Part shown: piece after piece, positions 1 to 11,672 of the stretch
Position numbering within the stretch: position 1 is the first letter of the stretch
How the letters are laid out: every line of letters starts with the position of its first letter
Source: Aggregatibacter segnis
GTDB taxonomy: Bacteria > Pseudomonadota > Gammaproteobacteria > Enterobacterales > Pasteurellaceae
Direction: 5' to 3'
DNA: 64,000 bases
Assembly (NCBI GenBank): GCA_938021175.1
Contig: CALIHN010000006.1
Coordinates: 62,206 to 126,205, forward strand
The notes under the pieces: model-generated
Seen by the model: only the letters and a program-made list of their open reading frames with translations
Told to the model about the DNA's origin: nothing
Database searches by the model: none
Made by a program: the position numbers and the translations under genes

Positions 1-1164
1 TTTGGCGGAATGTATGTGCCGGAAATTTTAGTACCTGTGCTTCAACAATTAGAAAAAGCGTTTATTGAAGCGCAACATGACCCAGAATTTCAGCGTGAAT
101 TTCAGGATCTCCTGAAAAATTATGCCGGCCGACCGACCGCACTTACACTTTGCCGTAACTTAACCAAAGGCACCAAAGCAAAAATTTATTTAAAACGAGA
201 AGATTTGCTCCACGGCGGTGCTCATAAAACCAATCAAGTTTTAGGTCAGATTTTACTCGCAAAACGCATGGGCAAAACCAGGATCATCGCGGAAACCGGT
301 GCAGGTCAGCACGGTGTCGCTACTGCCCTTGCTTGCGCCATGTTGGATATGCCTTGCCGCATTTACATGGGCGCCAAAGACGTAGAACGCCAATCACCCA
401 ATGTATTCCGTATGCACTTAATGGGGGCTGAAGTGGTGCCGGTGCAAAAAGGTTCTTGCTCCTTAAAAGATGCGTGCTGTGAAGCTATGCGGGATTGGTC
501 GGCAAACTATGAAACAACCCATTATTTATTGGGTACGGCGGCAGGCCCTCACCCCTTCCCAACCATTGTACGCGAATTCCAAAAAATGATTGGCGAAGAA
601 ACCAAACGTCAAATCTTAGAAAAAGAAGGCCGTTTACCGGATGCCGTGATTGCGGCGGTAGGTGGTGGCTCAAACGCTATCGGTATGTTTACGGATTTCA
701 TTGATGAACCCAATGTACGCTTAATCGGCGTCGAACCTGCCGGCCATGGCATTGAAACAGGTGAACATGGCGCTCCCTTAGGCCATGCGAAAGTGGGCAT
801 TTATTTCGGGATGAAATCGCCGTTAATGCAAACAGAAGACGGCCAAGTGGAAGAATCCTACTCGATTTCTGCCGGGCTAGACTTCCCTTCTGTCGGCCCG
901 CAACACGCTTATTTGCAAAGCATTGGTCGCGCGGAATACCCAAGCATTACCGATGATGAAGCCTTAAATGCGTTCCAAGCACTGGCAAAACATGAAGGTA
1001 TTATTCCTGCGTTAGAAAGTTCTCATGCACTGGCGCACGCATTAAAAATGATTCATCAGGAACCGAATAAAGCACAAATTTTGGTGGTGAATTTATCCGG
1101 TCGTGGCGATAAAGATATTTTTACCGTAGATAAAATTTTAAATGAAAAAGGAATGCAATTATGA
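1..1164 (+). CDS. trpB: Tryptophan synthase beta chain, 5'-truncated by the window edge (frame 1 reads [12 protein letters not shown]...)
   Basis: Near-colinear similarity to E. coli TrpB from residue ~13 onward ([27 protein letters not shown] motifs); overlaps trpA start by 4 nt (ATGA). Confidence 0.95.
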   Translation, partial: FGGMYVPEILVPVLQQLEKAFIEAQHDPEFQREFQDLLKNYAGRPTALTLCRNLTKGTKAKIYLKREDLLHGGAHKTNQVLGQILLAKRMGKTRIIAETGAGQHGVATALACAMLDMPCRIYMGAKDVERQSPNVFRMHLMGAEVVPVQKGSCSLKDACCEAMRDWSANYETTHYLLGTAAGPHPFPTIVREFQKMIGEETKRQILEKEGRLPDAVIAAVGGGSNAIGMFTDFIDEPNVRLIGVEPAGHGIETGEHGAPLGHAKVGIYFGMKSPLMQTEDGQVEESYSISAGLDFPSVGPQHAYLQSIGRAEYPSITDDEALNAFQALAKHEGIIPALESSHALAHALKMIHQEPNKAQILVVNLSGRGDKDIFTVDKILNEKGMQL

Positions 1165-1967
1165 GCCGTTTTGAAACGACCTTTTCCCGATTAAGCGCAA
1201 AAAAAGAAGGCGCATTCGTTCCTTTCGTTACCTTGTGCGACCCGACCTTTGACCGTTCTTTTGAGATTATTTGCACCCTCGTCGATAACGGTGCGGACGC
1301 GTTGGAATTGGGTTTTCCCTTTTCTGATCCCTTATTAGACGGTCCTGTTATTCAGGCAGCCAATAATCGTGCGCTTAATGCCGGGCATAGCACGGAAGAC
1401 AGCTTTAAATTGCTTACCAAAGTGCGGTCAAAATACCCGGAGATTCCCATCAGCTTGTTACTTTGCGCTAATTTGATTTTTGCCAAAGGCTTGGATAATT
1501 TTTATCAACGTTGTGCGGAAGTCGGTGTGGATGCCGTTTTAGTGGCGGACATTCCATTATTGGCAAAAGAAGACTATATCCAAGCAGCTAAAAAACACGG
1601 TGTTCAACCCGTCTTTATTTGTCCGCCGAATGCGGATGCCAAAACGGTGCAAGGTGTGGCTGAAAATAGCGAGGGTTATACGTATTTGGTCTCTCGTGCG
1701 GGCGTGACCAGCGCAGAAAACCAAGTTCATGCGGCTAACTTAGATACCCTTGTAGAGCAACTCAACGCTCACCACGCTCCGCCTATTCTACAAGGTTTCG
1801 GCATCGCCCAACCGTCACAAGTAAAAGAAGCGCTTCAACTTGGCGCAGCCGGTGCGATTTCCGGTTCAGCAACCGTAAAAATCATTGAGCGAAATTTAGA
1901 AAATCACGCCCAATGTTTAACGGAACTCGCTGAGTTTGTTCGCAATATGAAAGCCGCCACGAAATAA
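1161..1967 (+). CDS. trpA: Tryptophan synthase alpha chain
   Basis: 268 aa, TrpA-like sequence, translationally coupled to trpB (ATGA overlap). Confidence 0.93.
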   Translation: MSRFETTFSRLSAKKEGAFVPFVTLCDPTFDRSFEIICTLVDNGADALELGFPFSDPLLDGPVIQAANNRALNAGHSTEDSFKLLTKVRSKYPEIPISLLLCANLIFAKGLDNFYQRCAEVGVDAVLVADIPLLAKEDYIQAAKKHGVQPVFICPPNADAKTVQGVAENSEGYTYLVSRAGVTSAENQVHAANLDTLVEQLNAHHAPPILQGFGIAQPSQVKEALQLGAAGAISGSATVKIIERNLENHAQCLTELAEFVRNMKAATK

Positions 1968-2362
1968 CGGAAAAAATGACCACACTTTTGAAAAAACAAT
2001 AAAGTGCGGTCAGCTTCGTTTTTTCTCCAATCTCAAGCTTAATCAGCATCTCAATCCCTCACCTAATGCACCACTTCCGAAGACAAGATTTTCTATTCTT
2101 ATCTGAACATGAATTTTATGCACGGAAGAAACGGCAGCATCATTTTACTAAAACACCTAAATTTTTTACCGCACTTTTAATGTATAAACTATAACCAATT
2201 ATCTCTAAAGGATTTTCTTGGAACCTCACAAATAGCAAGGACTTTTTCCTAAAATGTGATCTCGATCTAATTTTATTTTAGGCGTATAATGTCGCCCAGT
2301 TTTTTTAAGCATAATTGATATAAAGTTAAGCAAAAATTAAAGTTTTTATAATACAAATAGTT

Positions 2363-3814
2363 ATGGAGAATGTAATGTCTAGAAAGTTAAGAAGAACAAA
2401 AATTGTATGTACTATGGGGCCTTCCACAGACCGCGGTAACAATTTAGAAAAAATTATTGCCGCTGGTGCGAACGTAGTGCGTATGAATTTTTCTCACGGT
2501 ACACCGGAAGATCATATTGGTCGTGCAGAACGTGTTCGTGAAATCGCAAAAAGACTAGGCAAAACTATTGCAATTTTAGGCGACTTGCAAGGTCCTAAAA
2601 TTCGCGTATCTACATTCAAAGATGGCAAAATTTTCTTAAATGTCGGCGATAAATTTGTCTTAGATGCAGAATTACCAAAAGGTGAAGGTACACAAGAAGT
2701 TGTTGGCTTAGATTACAAAACCTTACCGCAAGATGTGGTTCCAGGCGATATCCTTTTGCTGGATGATGGTCGCGTTCAATTAAAAGTGTTATCTACCGAA
2801 AACGCAAAAGTCTTCACGGAAGTTACCGTTGGTGGTCCATTATCAAATAACAAAGGGATCAACAAATTAGGCGGTGGTTTATCTGCTGACGCATTAACTG
2901 AGAAAGATAAAGCCGACATCATTACCGCTGCACGTATCGGTGTAGACTACCTCGCAGTGTCTTTCCCGCGTTCTAGTGCCGATTTGAACTACGCTCGTCA
3001 ACTAGCCAAAGATGCCGGTTTAAATGCCAAAATCGTTGCCAAAGTGGAACGTGCTGAAACCGTAGAATCTAACGAAGCGATGGATGATATCATTTTAGCT
3101 GCTGATGTCATCATGGTTGCCCGTGGTGACCTCGGTGTTGAAATCGGTGATCCGGAATTAGTAGCGGTTCAAAAGAAATTAATTCGTCGTTCCCGTCAAT
3201 TAAACCGTGTGGTGATTACTGCAACACAAATGATGGAATCCATGATCAGCAACCCTATGCCAACCCGTGCGGAAGTCATGGACGTGGCAAATGCGGTATT
3301 GGATGGTACTGATGCAGTCATGCTGTCTGCGGAAACTGCTGCAGGCCAATACCCGGCTGAAACGGTTGCGACAATGGCAAAAGTTTGTTTAGGCGCAGAA
3401 AAAATGCCAGGTGCAAGCGTTTCTCATCACCGTATGAATGTTGAATTTGACGACATTGAAGAAACCATTGCCATGTCAACTATGTTTGCAGCCAACCATA
3501 TGAAAGGCGTCAGTGCCATTATTGCGATGAGTAGCAGTGGCCGTACACCGTTATTAATGTCCCGTATTAGTTCCGGTTTACCGATTTTTGCCTTATCCCG
3601 TAACCAAGAAACATTAAACTTGTGCGCATTATATCGCGGTGTAACTCCGGTCTTTTACAATGATGTTAGCCGTACAATGGAAGGTGCTCAAAAAGCAATT
3701 AGCGTGCTAAAAGACAAAGGTTTCTTAATGGCTGGTGATATCGTGTTATTAACTCAAGGGGCTGAATTTAGCGAAAGTGGTACAAACACTTGCCGTATTC
3801 TTACCGTTGAATAA
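2363..3814 (+). CDS. pykA: Pyruvate kinase II
   Basis: 483 aa; N-terminus [19 protein letters not shown]...MNFSHG matches PykA family. Confidence 0.95.
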   Translation: MENVMSRKLRRTKIVCTMGPSTDRGNNLEKIIAAGANVVRMNFSHGTPEDHIGRAERVREIAKRLGKTIAILGDLQGPKIRVSTFKDGKIFLNVGDKFVLDAELPKGEGTQEVVGLDYKTLPQDVVPGDILLLDDGRVQLKVLSTENAKVFTEVTVGGPLSNNKGINKLGGGLSADALTEKDKADIITAARIGVDYLAVSFPRSSADLNYARQLAKDAGLNAKIVAKVERAETVESNEAMDDIILAADVIMVARGDLGVEIGDPELVAVQKKLIRRSRQLNRVVITATQMMESMISNPMPTRAEVMDVANAVLDGTDAVMLSAETAAGQYPAETVATMAKVCLGAEKMPGASVSHHRMNVEFDDIEETIAMSTMFAANHMKGVSAIIAMSSSGRTPLLMSRISSGLPIFALSRNQETLNLCALYRGVTPVFYNDVSRTMEGAQKAISVLKDKGFLMAGDIVLLTQGAEFSESGTNTCRILTVE

Positions 3815-3825
3815 TCGATTGTTAT

Positions 3826-3862
3826 AAAAAAAAAGGCTTAGAAACACTTCTAAGCTTTTTTT
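3826..3862. terminator. Bidirectional rho-independent terminator between pykA (+) and bioD (-)
   Basis: A-run, stem GCTTAGAA (3836-3843) / TTCTAAGC (3848-3855) with loop ACAC, then T7 run. Confidence 0.8.
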
Positions 3863-3947
3863 ATATCAATTATATTGTCTTTATCGTGCAAAAAATCCTA
3901 CCTCACTAAAAATATCTTATTTCCTGACCGCACTTTATTCTACTGCA

Positions 3948-4676
3948 TTAAGCAACTAACTCGGTTTTTATATAAGTTAAACGATCTACGTTAGTAATAA
4001 AACGGCTTAAGTCTTGCTCTTCCGGTTTGTGAACATAAGAAACCTCGCCCAATAACGGGGCATCAATTTTTTGTTTCAAGGTTTCGATCACTTCTGCGTA
4101 ATGTCCTAATCCAGGGTTAATTCGATTAGCTACCCAACCCAACAACGGCAATCCTTTATCAATAATCGATTGCACTGTTAATAAAGCATGGTTGATACAA
4201 CCTTCTTTAATGCCAACCACAACAACAACCGGCATATGATGCTCAGCAACCCAATCGGCAAAACTGTAATCTTTATTAATTGGTGTTAACCACCCAAAAG
4301 AACCTTCAACAACAACCGATTGATATTTATCACGTAAATGAGCCAAGTCTTTATTTAATTTTTCAATATGAACCCGCTTACTGTCTTCTGTTAAGATAGG
4401 TATCGTGTGTAAAAACGTATAGCTATTCACTTCTTCATAACTAACGTTTTCTTCTGTACTCGCCATTAACGTTAATACATCAGGATTATCTTTCGTGTCA
4501 TAGTCACTATTTTCAGATAAATTATGTGGCGGATAAATCATTTCATCCTGACCAAATGCAATAGGTTTATAGCCGACAACCTGCACACCCGCTTTTTGTA
4601 AAGCCTGCATAATTGCCCGACTTACCACAGTTTTCCCTACATTTGTGTCAGTTCCGGTGACAAAAAAACTACTCAT
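3948..4676 (-). CDS. bioD: ATP-dependent dethiobiotin synthetase paralog (stand-alone BioD / YnfK-like)
   Basis: [20 protein letters not shown]-loop N-terminus; start moved to the ATG at 4676, which has an AAAGGGGA SD, rather than the ORF-track start at 4694; not in a bio operon. Confidence 0.85.
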   Translation of the reverse strand: MSSFFVTGTDTNVGKTVVSRAIMQALQKAGVQVVGYKPIAFGQDEMIYPPHNLSENSDYDTKDNPDVLTLMASTEENVSYEEVNSYTFLHTIPILTEDSKRVHIEKLNKDLAHLRDKYQSVVVEGSFGWLTPINKDYSFADWVAEHHMPVVVVVGIKEGCINHALLTVQSIIDKGLPLLGWVANRINPGLGHYAEVIETLKQKIDAPLLGEVSYVHKPEEQDLSRFITNVDRLTYIKTELVA

Positions 4677-4770
4677 TAATATCCCCTTTCTCATATTATT
4701 TTTAGAATTCTAAGAGAATTTATAATGAGTAGTATTGAGCTAAAACAAATTTGCTGAATTTATTTACAAT

Positions 4771-5979
4771 TTATTCCAGTTGATCCAAATCGCTTAACAA
4801 AGTACCGTCATAAATTCCTTGTTTAATTGCAGCAGCGGCAACAACCGGACTATTCCATTCATATTTACCCATCACGACTTCTGCCACCTTTCCATGAGAA
4901 AAGTAAGTACTGAGTTTTTGATTAAGTTCTTCAAGCAAAATATCTTTAACCATCAACATACTGGAATTTAGCATAACTTTTTGAACTGAAAAAATGTGAA
5001 GAAGATTCATCAAAATATAGGCTAAACAATCCGTTAAATGATCCAAAATTCGTAATGCCGTCTTCTCTTGTTGGATAATATTTCTACACAAGAACTTAAT
5101 TTTTTCAGCATTTGTGGAAAAATGATTATTCGGATACAGCAAATCAATAAGCTGAATAATTGCTCGGTGGGTAATCTGATGTTGTACTTGATAACGCTCT
5201 ACTTCCGGTAAATCACGATTAATTAGGGCTTGTAACTCATTTAATCGAGGAACAACTAAATGATTGATATTAATGCGCTCCTGTTCTCGATTAAATAAAA
5301 TTTCTCCCTCTGACAATACACTAAAATTAATTTCATCATCCAATTGAATAAATAACGCATCATCACAGTTAATTGCATTACCTAATGTAAATTCTGCCAA
5401 TAACCAAGTGTTAAAATACTCTGAAATTAAAATCGGAACATCAAAATAAGGCGAAAATAACGTTCTAAGATTTAATTGATTAAATCTCTGACTTCCTAGT
5501 TTTATAAGGTTTCCGTCTTTATCTAATTCCCCACCGACAGTGACTGAAAATGTAATTAAATTTGATAATTCTTTTGTTTTATTAAGGAATTGTTCAATAC
5601 TATTGACTAAAAACTCATCGAGCGTTGACAATTTATTTGTTGATAGTGGGAAAGTTTTTTGTTTAATAATAACGCCATCAAGCTCACTCAGCGTGATTTC
5701 AAAACGATCTTCCATCAATGTAGCACATAAGGACTGCCAATAGATGGGAGACACACACAAAGCAATAGCAGGTCGCCCACGGTTATCCGTGTTGCGCACT
5801 GTTTTTTCCATAATTAAATGTTTTTCGATGAGATCGCGAGTTAAAGAGGTAATCGTCGCCGGAGCAAATCCAGAAAGTTTCGAAAGCTCTATACGGGAAA
5901 TTTCTTCAAATTGTTCAATCAAACGATAAATTTTACCCAATTGAACTAAACGTGAGGGTGTTTTTTCTTCCTTCTTCAT
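4771..5979 (-). CDS. ROK-family transcriptional regulator (Mlc/NagC-like), divergent
   Basis: N-terminal HTH region similar to Mlc (RLVQLGKIYRLIEQFEEISRIELSKLSGFAPATITSLTRDL...NRGRPA); the canonical CxCGxxGCxE zinc motif is not evident. Confidence 0.75.
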   Translation of the reverse strand: MKKEEKTPSRLVQLGKIYRLIEQFEEISRIELSKLSGFAPATITSLTRDLIEKHLIMEKTVRNTDNRGRPAIALCVSPIYWQSLCATLMEDRFEITLSELDGVIIKQKTFPLSTNKLSTLDEFLVNSIEQFLNKTKELSNLITFSVTVGGELDKDGNLIKLGSQRFNQLNLRTLFSPYFDVPILISEYFNTWLLAEFTLGNAINCDDALFIQLDDEINFSVLSEGEILFNREQERININHLVVPRLNELQALINRDLPEVERYQVQHQITHRAIIQLIDLLYPNNHFSTNAEKIKFLCRNIIQQEKTALRILDHLTDCLAYILMNLLHIFSVQKVMLNSSMLMVKDILLEELNQKLSTYFSHGKVAEVVMGKYEWNSPVVAAAAIKQGIYDGTLLSDLDQLE

Positions 5980-6178
5980 TAAATACGTCCATATTTATTA
6001 TTTTAATCATCAATTTGGCGAACGTAGTTATACCAGTTAGCACTTTTTACTCAAGATATTTGCTTTAAATCTGCGCCTCCTGTCACAAAAATAAAAACCA
6101 CCGGATAGATTTTTGAAAATTTTCGAACTTGAGGTAAACTAACGCGGTTTCTAAAAAAGCATTAATTCTGAGGTATAT

Positions 6179-7582
6179 ATGACAAAAATTGCATCAATTG
6201 TAGATGTACTACAAGGCAAAATTGCAATTGGCGAAAAAGTGACAGTACGCGGTTGGGTGCGTACTCGTCGCGATTCCAAAGCAGGCCTATCCTTTCTCGC
6301 CGTTTATGACGGTTCTTGCTTTGCCCCCATTCAAGCTATCGTAAATAATGATATCGTTAACTATGAATCTGAAGTATTACGCTTAACAGCTGGCTGTTCC
6401 GTGATTGTCACCAGTACTGTTGTAGAGTCCCCAGCAGAAGGTCAAGCTGTCGAATTACAAGCTGAAAGTGTCGAAGTCACCGGTTGGGTCGAAGATCCGG
6501 AAACCTATCCAATGGCAGCAAAACGCCATTCCATTGAATATTTACGCGAAGTCGCGCATCTACGTCCTCGAACCAATATCATTGGTGCTGTTGCGCGTGT
6601 TCGCCACTGCTTGGCGCAAGCAATTCACCGTTTCTTCCACGAGCAAGGTTTTTATTGGGTTGCTACGCCATTAATCACCGCTTCCGATACGGAAGGTGCG
6701 GGCGAAATGTTCCGCGTTTCTACGTTAGATTTAGAAAACTTGCCACGCACAGATAAAGGTGCGGTGGATTTTAGCCAAGATTTCTTTGGTAAAGAATCCT
6801 TCTTAACCGTATCCGGTCAATTAAACGGTGAAACTTACGCTTGTGCATTAAGCAAAATCTATACGTTTGGACCAACATTCCGCGCCGAAAACTCGAATAC
6901 TACGCGCCATTTAGCAGAATTTTGGATGATTGAACCGGAAGTGGCTTTCGCAACGCTCGCCGACAACGCTAAACTTGCCGAAGATATGTTGAAATATGTT
7001 TTCCGCGCAGTTTTAGCTGAGCGTCGTGATGATTTGGAATTCTTTGCTAAACATGTTGATGGTGATGTCATTAATCGTTTGGAACGTTTCATTCATTCCG
7101 ATTTCGCTCAAGTAGATTACACCGATGCGATTGAGATTTTATTGAAATCCGGAAAAACTTTTGAATTCCCGGTTTCTTGGGGGATCGACCTTTCTTCTGA
7201 ACATGAACGCTATTTAGCGGAAGAATATTTCAAATCGCCTGTTGTGGTGAAAAACTATCCGAAAGATATCAAAGCCTTCTATATGCGTTTAAACGACGAT
7301 GGAAAAACCGTTGCCGCGATGGATGTACTTGCCCCTGGAATCGGTGAAATTATCGGTGGTTCACAGCGTGAAGAACGTTTAGATGTATTGGATAAACGCA
7401 TGGAAGAAATGGGCTTAAATCCTGAAGATTATTGGTGGTACCGCGATTTACGCCGTTATGGTACTGTACCGCACTCCGGCTTTGGTTTAGGTTTTGAACG
7501 TTTGATTGTTTATGTCACCGGTTTACAAAACATTCGTGATGTAATTCCATTCCCGCGGGCACCACGCAACGCAAACTTCTAA
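6179..7582 (+). CDS. asnS: Asparaginyl-tRNA synthetase
   Basis: 467 aa, full-length AsnS similarity; SD TGAGGT upstream. Confidence 0.95.
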   Translation: MTKIASIVDVLQGKIAIGEKVTVRGWVRTRRDSKAGLSFLAVYDGSCFAPIQAIVNNDIVNYESEVLRLTAGCSVIVTSTVVESPAEGQAVELQAESVEVTGWVEDPETYPMAAKRHSIEYLREVAHLRPRTNIIGAVARVRHCLAQAIHRFFHEQGFYWVATPLITASDTEGAGEMFRVSTLDLENLPRTDKGAVDFSQDFFGKESFLTVSGQLNGETYACALSKIYTFGPTFRAENSNTTRHLAEFWMIEPEVAFATLADNAKLAEDMLKYVFRAVLAERRDDLEFFAKHVDGDVINRLERFIHSDFAQVDYTDAIEILLKSGKTFEFPVSWGIDLSSEHERYLAEEYFKSPVVVKNYPKDIKAFYMRLNDDGKTVAAMDVLAPGIGEIIGGSQREERLDVLDKRMEEMGLNPEDYWWYRDLRRYGTVPHSGFGLGFERLIVYVTGLQNIRDVIPFPRAPRNANF

Positions 7583-7596
7583 TTTACGAGTAAATA

Positions 7597-7631
7597 AAAT
7601 CGCCTTGTTGAATTAACAAGGCGATTTTTTT
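7597..7631 (+). terminator. Rho-independent terminator after asnS
   Basis: Stem ATCGCCTTGTT / AACAAGGCGAT, loop GAATT, T6 run. Confidence 0.8.
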
Positions 7632-7658
7632 ATAGCTAGAAAAACAGGTTTAAAATTG

Positions 7659-7715
7659 ACCGCACTTTTGCTGCTTTGAATAACGAAAAAGATACCTAAG
7701 TGCGGTATCTTTTTT
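7659..7715. terminator. Inverted uptake-sequence pair plus GATACC/GGTATC hairpin with flanking A-run and T6 run (bidirectional terminator, asnS/sspB)
   Basis: ACCGCACTT at 7660-7668, AAGTGCGGT at 7698-7706 embedded in the loop of stem GATACC/GGTATC, followed by TTTTTT. Confidence 0.7.
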
Positions 7716-7744
7716 CAAAGTTTTTTAATCTGATGATCGAACAA

Positions 7745-8185
7745 CTATTTCACAATACGTAAGTGAGATGTTGATTTCTCTGCCTTTTTCGGTTTATCCG
7801 TTTTATCAACGACCTTCTCAAATCCAATCGGTTGCTCTTCAACTTGCTCCGGCTGATCATAAGCCTCTTCAGGCTCAAACATCACACCATCGCCATTCTC
7901 ACGCGCATAAATTGCTAATGCTGCCCCCATTGGAATGTAAATATCCTGTGGCACGCCACGAAAACGGGCATTAAATTGAATAAAATCATTGGTTAACTGT
8001 AAATTTCCGGTGGCATTGGCAGACAAGTTCAATACAATTTGTCCATCTCTGACATACTCTACCGGCACTTTCACGCCCCAATAAGTGGCATCAACCACCA
8101 AATACGGTGTGAAATGATTATCGATCAACCAATCGTAATAAGCCCTTAACAAGTAAGGACGTTTCGGGGATGATTTATATTCCAT
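7745..8185 (-). CDS. sspB: Stringent starvation protein B (ClpXP adaptor)
   Basis: 146 aa; SspB-like N-terminal domain (PYLLRAYYDWLIDN...) and C-terminal ClpX-binding tail. Confidence 0.9.
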   Translation of the reverse strand: MEYKSSPKRPYLLRAYYDWLIDNHFTPYLVVDATYWGVKVPVEYVRDGQIVLNLSANATGNLQLTNDFIQFNARFRGVPQDIYIPMGAALAIYARENGDGVMFEPEEAYDQPEQVEEQPIGFEKVVDKTDKPKKAEKSTSHLRIVK

Positions 8186-8196
8186 TAAATCGCCTA

Positions 8197-8838
8197 TTAT
8201 TTTTCATCCATTAAGTTTTTCGGCGCTAATTCGCCCACGGATTGCAAGAAAGAATCGCGTTCAAAAATACGAGACATGTAGGCTTTCACTGCTTTGCTGC
8301 CAGCACCGCTGAACTCGACACCTAATTCCTGCATACGCCATAGTAACGGTGCCACATAGCAGTCAATTAAGCTAAATTCCTCACTCATAAAATAAGCGGT
8401 TTGATTAAAAATCGGTGCAATCGCAAGAATTTCTTCTTTCAATTGTTTTAAGGCATTCGCACGTTCAGTTTCGGAAGCCGCATTTTGCGCGGTTTCCAAC
8501 GTTGGATACCAATCTTGCTCAATACGTAACATCAATAAGCGGCTTTTTCCACGAGCCACCGGATAAACCGGCATTAATGGCGGATGCGGGAAACGCTCGT
8601 CCAAATATTCCATAATGATGCGAGAATTAAACAGCACTAAATCACGATCAACTAGCGTAGGCACAGTACCGTACGGATTGAGTTCCATTAAATCTTCTGA
8701 TAATGCTTGCGGATCTACAATTTCCGTTTCATAAGCTACGCCTTTCTCAGCCAACACAATACGCACTTGGTGACAATAAATATCGGTTTTATTTGAAAAT
8801 AGCGTCATCACAGAACGTTTATTTGCAGAACTTGTCAT
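8197..8838 (-). CDS. sspA: Stringent starvation protein A (GST-like)
   Basis: N-terminus ANKRSVMTLFS..TDIY.HQVRIVLAEKG nearly identical to E. coli SspA. Confidence 0.95.
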   Translation of the reverse strand: MTSSANKRSVMTLFSNKTDIYCHQVRIVLAEKGVAYETEIVDPQALSEDLMELNPYGTVPTLVDRDLVLFNSRIIMEYLDERFPHPPLMPVYPVARGKSRLLMLRIEQDWYPTLETAQNAASETERANALKQLKEEILAIAPIFNQTAYFMSEEFSLIDCYVAPLLWRMQELGVEFSGAGSKAVKAYMSRIFERDSFLQSVGELAPKNLMDEK

Positions 8839-8974
8839 CTATTCCTCCGACGACTTGGTAATAATTGAAATATTCAACCGATATGCCTCATATCGGGAAA
8901 AATGGTCGACTATTCTAGCATAAAGCGCCATACCTTTTCCAAGAAAAGGCATGATATTTTATTTTTAATAAGCA

Positions 8975-9010
8975 TAAAAAAATCCGCTTTATAAAAAAAC
9001 GGATTTTTCT
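8975..9010. terminator. Hairpin with flanking A/T runs downstream of moaE
   Basis: AAATCCG ... CGGATTT stem flanked by A-run and T-run; on the minus strand reads as hairpin + U7. Confidence 0.55.
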
Positions 9011-9048
9011 TTTTCAAATATGCGGATAAATAAAATCAATGAAATCAC

Positions 9049-9504
9049 TTATTTCCACTTACCGGCAGCCGCATAATCACTGTCGCGGCCTTCAATCCAG
9101 CGCTCCCCTTTTTCGGTTTGTTCTTTTTTCCAAAAAGGCGCTTGGGTTTTCAAATAATCCATAATAAATTCATTCGCATGATAAGCATCGCCACGATGCG
9201 CAGAAGCTGTTCCCACCAACACAATTTCATCACCGGTATTCAATTCACCTACACGATGAATGATAGAAATCTTTTGTAAATCCCACCGCGCTTTTGCCTG
9301 TTGAGCAATGTCCATCAAGGCTTTATGGGTCATCGCCGGGTAATGTTCCAAATACAAACTACTGACTTCATCCCCTAAGTTCATATCACGCACTTTGCCC
9401 ACAAACATTACTGTAGCACCAACCGAATTTTCTTCACTTAACCAACGATAAACGGCATTTTGGTCGAACGTCTGCTCTTGCACGGAAATTTGAATATCGT
9501 TCAT
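9049..9504 (-). CDS. moaE: Molybdopterin synthase catalytic subunit
   Basis: 151 aa MoaE-like. Confidence 0.9.
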   Translation of the reverse strand: MNDIQISVQEQTFDQNAVYRWLSEENSVGATVMFVGKVRDMNLGDEVSSLYLEHYPAMTHKALMDIAQQAKARWDLQKISIIHRVGELNTGDEIVLVGTASAHRGDAYHANEFIMDYLKTQAPFWKKEQTEKGERWIEGRDSDYAAAGKWK

Positions 9505-9750
9505 TTAGCCCCCGGTCACTGGTGGGAAAAACGCAATTTCATCACCATTTTTGACCGCACTTTCTAACGGCATTAAAGTTTGATTAATGGCCACCAAAAG
9601 TTTATCCGATTGCAATGCCAACGCCCATTTATCGCCTTTCGCCGCAAGGTGTTGACGTAATTCTTCTACCGTGGCGAAATTTTCGTTCACTTCAATGGCA
9701 TCCAAACCGATTAATTCTCGAGTTTGAGCAAAAAATAAAACACGTAACAT
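9505..9750 (-). CDS. moaD: Molybdopterin synthase sulfur-carrier subunit
   Basis: 81 aa ending in the diglycine ...VTGG typical of MoaD; abuts moaE. Confidence 0.85.
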   Translation of the reverse strand: MLRVLFFAQTRELIGLDAIEVNENFATVEELRQHLAAKGDKWALALQSDKLLVAINQTLMPLESAVKNGDEIAFFPPVTGG

Positions 9751-10232
9751 TATTTCTCCTCCGCAATAAAATGCCCGGATTTTCCACCGCTCTTTTCCAA
9801 CAAACGCACCGTTTCAATCACCATGTCTTTTTGCACTGCTTTACACATATCGTAAATAGTTAATGCAGCAACGCTTGCGGCAGTTAACGCTTCCATTTCT
9901 ACACCGGTTTTACCGCTCAATTTACACAGGCTTTCAATGCGTACTTGATTGGTTTCAGGAAGTGCGGTCAAACTCACTTCGACTTTAGAAAGTAAAAGAG
10001 GATGACACAGCGGAATCAATTCCCAAGTGCGTTTCGCCGCTTGAATACCGGCAATACGGGCAGTAGCGAAAACATCGCCCTTGTGATGTTGTCCGGAGAG
10101 GATCATTTGTAAGGTTTCCGGCGCCATACGAATATAGGCTTCAGCACGCGCCTCGCGAACCGTGTCAGCTTTGGCGGAAACATCCACCATATTCGCCTCA
10201 CCATTCGCATTAATGTGAGTCAATGTGGTCAT
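9750..10232 (-). CDS. moaC: Cyclic pyranopterin monophosphate synthase
   Basis: 160 aa MoaC-like; start codon overlaps the moaD stop. Confidence 0.9.
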   Translation of the reverse strand: MTTLTHINANGEANMVDVSAKADTVREARAEAYIRMAPETLQMILSGQHHKGDVFATARIAGIQAAKRTWELIPLCHPLLLSKVEVSLTALPETNQVRIESLCKLSGKTGVEMEALTAASVAALTIYDMCKAVQKDMVIETVRLLEKSGGKSGHFIAEEK

Positions 10233-10284
10233 GATAATTTAAAAGTGCGGTTGGTTTTCTTGATGTTTTCAGTATCGGCGTAAA

Positions 10285-11298
10285 TTAACCGCCGATACTG
10301 GCTAAATGATTGCGCACGCCGCTATCGCCGATATGCAGATAATGGTGTTCACGCTTACCTTGTAACGCTGAGAAAATTCTTGATTGCAAAAGCATTTGTT
10401 GCTCATCAGATTGTAACAAATCACGCAAATCAATCCCTTCTTCACCAAATAAGCAAAGATGCAATTTCCCTTTGGCAGAAACTCTCAAACGGTTACAGCC
10501 GGCGCAGAAATTTTTCTCATAAGGCATGATTAAGCCGATTTCGCCCATATAATCCGGATGACGGAAAACTTTTGCCGGGCCATCAGAACGATTTTTTATC
10601 TGCAATTGCCAGCCGTCTTGCAAGAGTTTCTGTTCTAAAATCTGTCCCGATAAATGGTGTTTTTGGAAGAAAGAATTCATTTCACCGGTTTGCATCAACT
10701 CGATGAAACGCATTTGAATCGGTTTATTTTTAATCCATGCCAAGAAACCGGAAAAGTCTTTATCATTCAAATCTTTCATTAAGACAGAATTGACTTTGAC
10801 TTTTTGATAGCCACATTCAAAGGCGCGATCAATACCACGCATAATGTCATCAAACTTATCGACACCGGTAATGCGCTGGAACATTCTTGCATCTAGGCTA
10901 TCCACACTGACGTTAATAGACGTCACGCCGGCTTGTTTCCAAGCAGCGACATCTTTAAGCAACCGAAAACCGTTTGTTGTCAGTGCGATTTGTTTGATAC
11001 CATCAATGCCACGAATGCTTTCGACAATTGGCAGGAAGTCTTTACGTAAGGTCGGTTCGCCACCGGTAATACGGACTTTTTCCGTTCCCATCAGCGCAAA
11101 GCTACTGACCAAGCGACGAATTTCGTCCAAGGTTAAAAAACTCGGCTTATTAGGTTCAGGCTGATAACCGTCAGGTAGGCAATAATTGCAACGAAAATTA
11201 CACACATCGGTAATCGACAGTCGCAAATAGTAGTATTCACGCTGGAACGAATCAACGAGTTGAGCCGCGCCAACATTTTTGATTGGAATGGTTTGCAT
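10285..11298 (-). CDS. moaA: GTP 3',8-cyclase (radical SAM)
   Basis: CNFRCNYC radical-SAM cysteine motif; 337 aa. Confidence 0.95.
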   Translation of the reverse strand: MQTIPIKNVGAAQLVDSFQREYYYLRLSITDVCNFRCNYCLPDGYQPEPNKPSFLTLDEIRRLVSSFALMGTEKVRITGGEPTLRKDFLPIVESIRGIDGIKQIALTTNGFRLLKDVAAWKQAGVTSINVSVDSLDARMFQRITGVDKFDDIMRGIDRAFECGYQKVKVNSVLMKDLNDKDFSGFLAWIKNKPIQMRFIELMQTGEMNSFFQKHHLSGQILEQKLLQDGWQLQIKNRSDGPAKVFRHPDYMGEIGLIMPYEKNFCAGCNRLRVSAKGKLHLCLFGEEGIDLRDLLQSDEQQMLLQSRIFSALQGKREHHYLHIGDSGVRNHLASIGG

Positions 11299-11309
11299 TT
11301 GACACCTTT

Positions 11310-11450
11310 CTAAAAACGGAGAGGATAAATCGTTTCCAACGTATCCCTGAATAATACCGACTTCGTATTATTGGCATTACCACCCTATTTTGTGTTCAAC
11401 ACATTGTGCGCAAAACGTAGGTGAGTAAGCTCGGAGTTACATGCGGTTAA
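11310..11450 (-). ncRNA. Putative molybdenum-cofactor (Moco) riboswitch in the moaA 5' leader
   Basis: Leader (minus strand) contains CUCCGAGC (+ strand GCTCGGAG at 11430-11437) and a 3' CCUCUCC...AAAGG RBS region. The position between ybhK and moaA matches where the Moco RNA motif sits in E. coli. Confidence 0.45.
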
Positions 11451-11672
11451 TAAGTTTTGCAGCATTGTAAAAGATTCACGAAAACAAAAGCAATCAATTA
11501 ATTTGATCTAGGTTATAAATTCATAAAATTCTTTAAAATCAATTATATATACAATTATATAGCGATAATAAAACACCCTAAAAAAACGATTTTCATACCT
11601 AATAATAATTAGCAATCTGTACTCTCTTTCAAAGTAGGTTATAATGCGCACGAAAAAAACAAGGGAAATACA

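Noticed and set aside
485-943. Three overlapping minus-strand ORFs (62-81 aa) inside trpB
   Set aside because: They lie antisense to a strongly supported CDS, and their Pro/Arg/Gly-rich composition is typical of reverse-frame artefacts.
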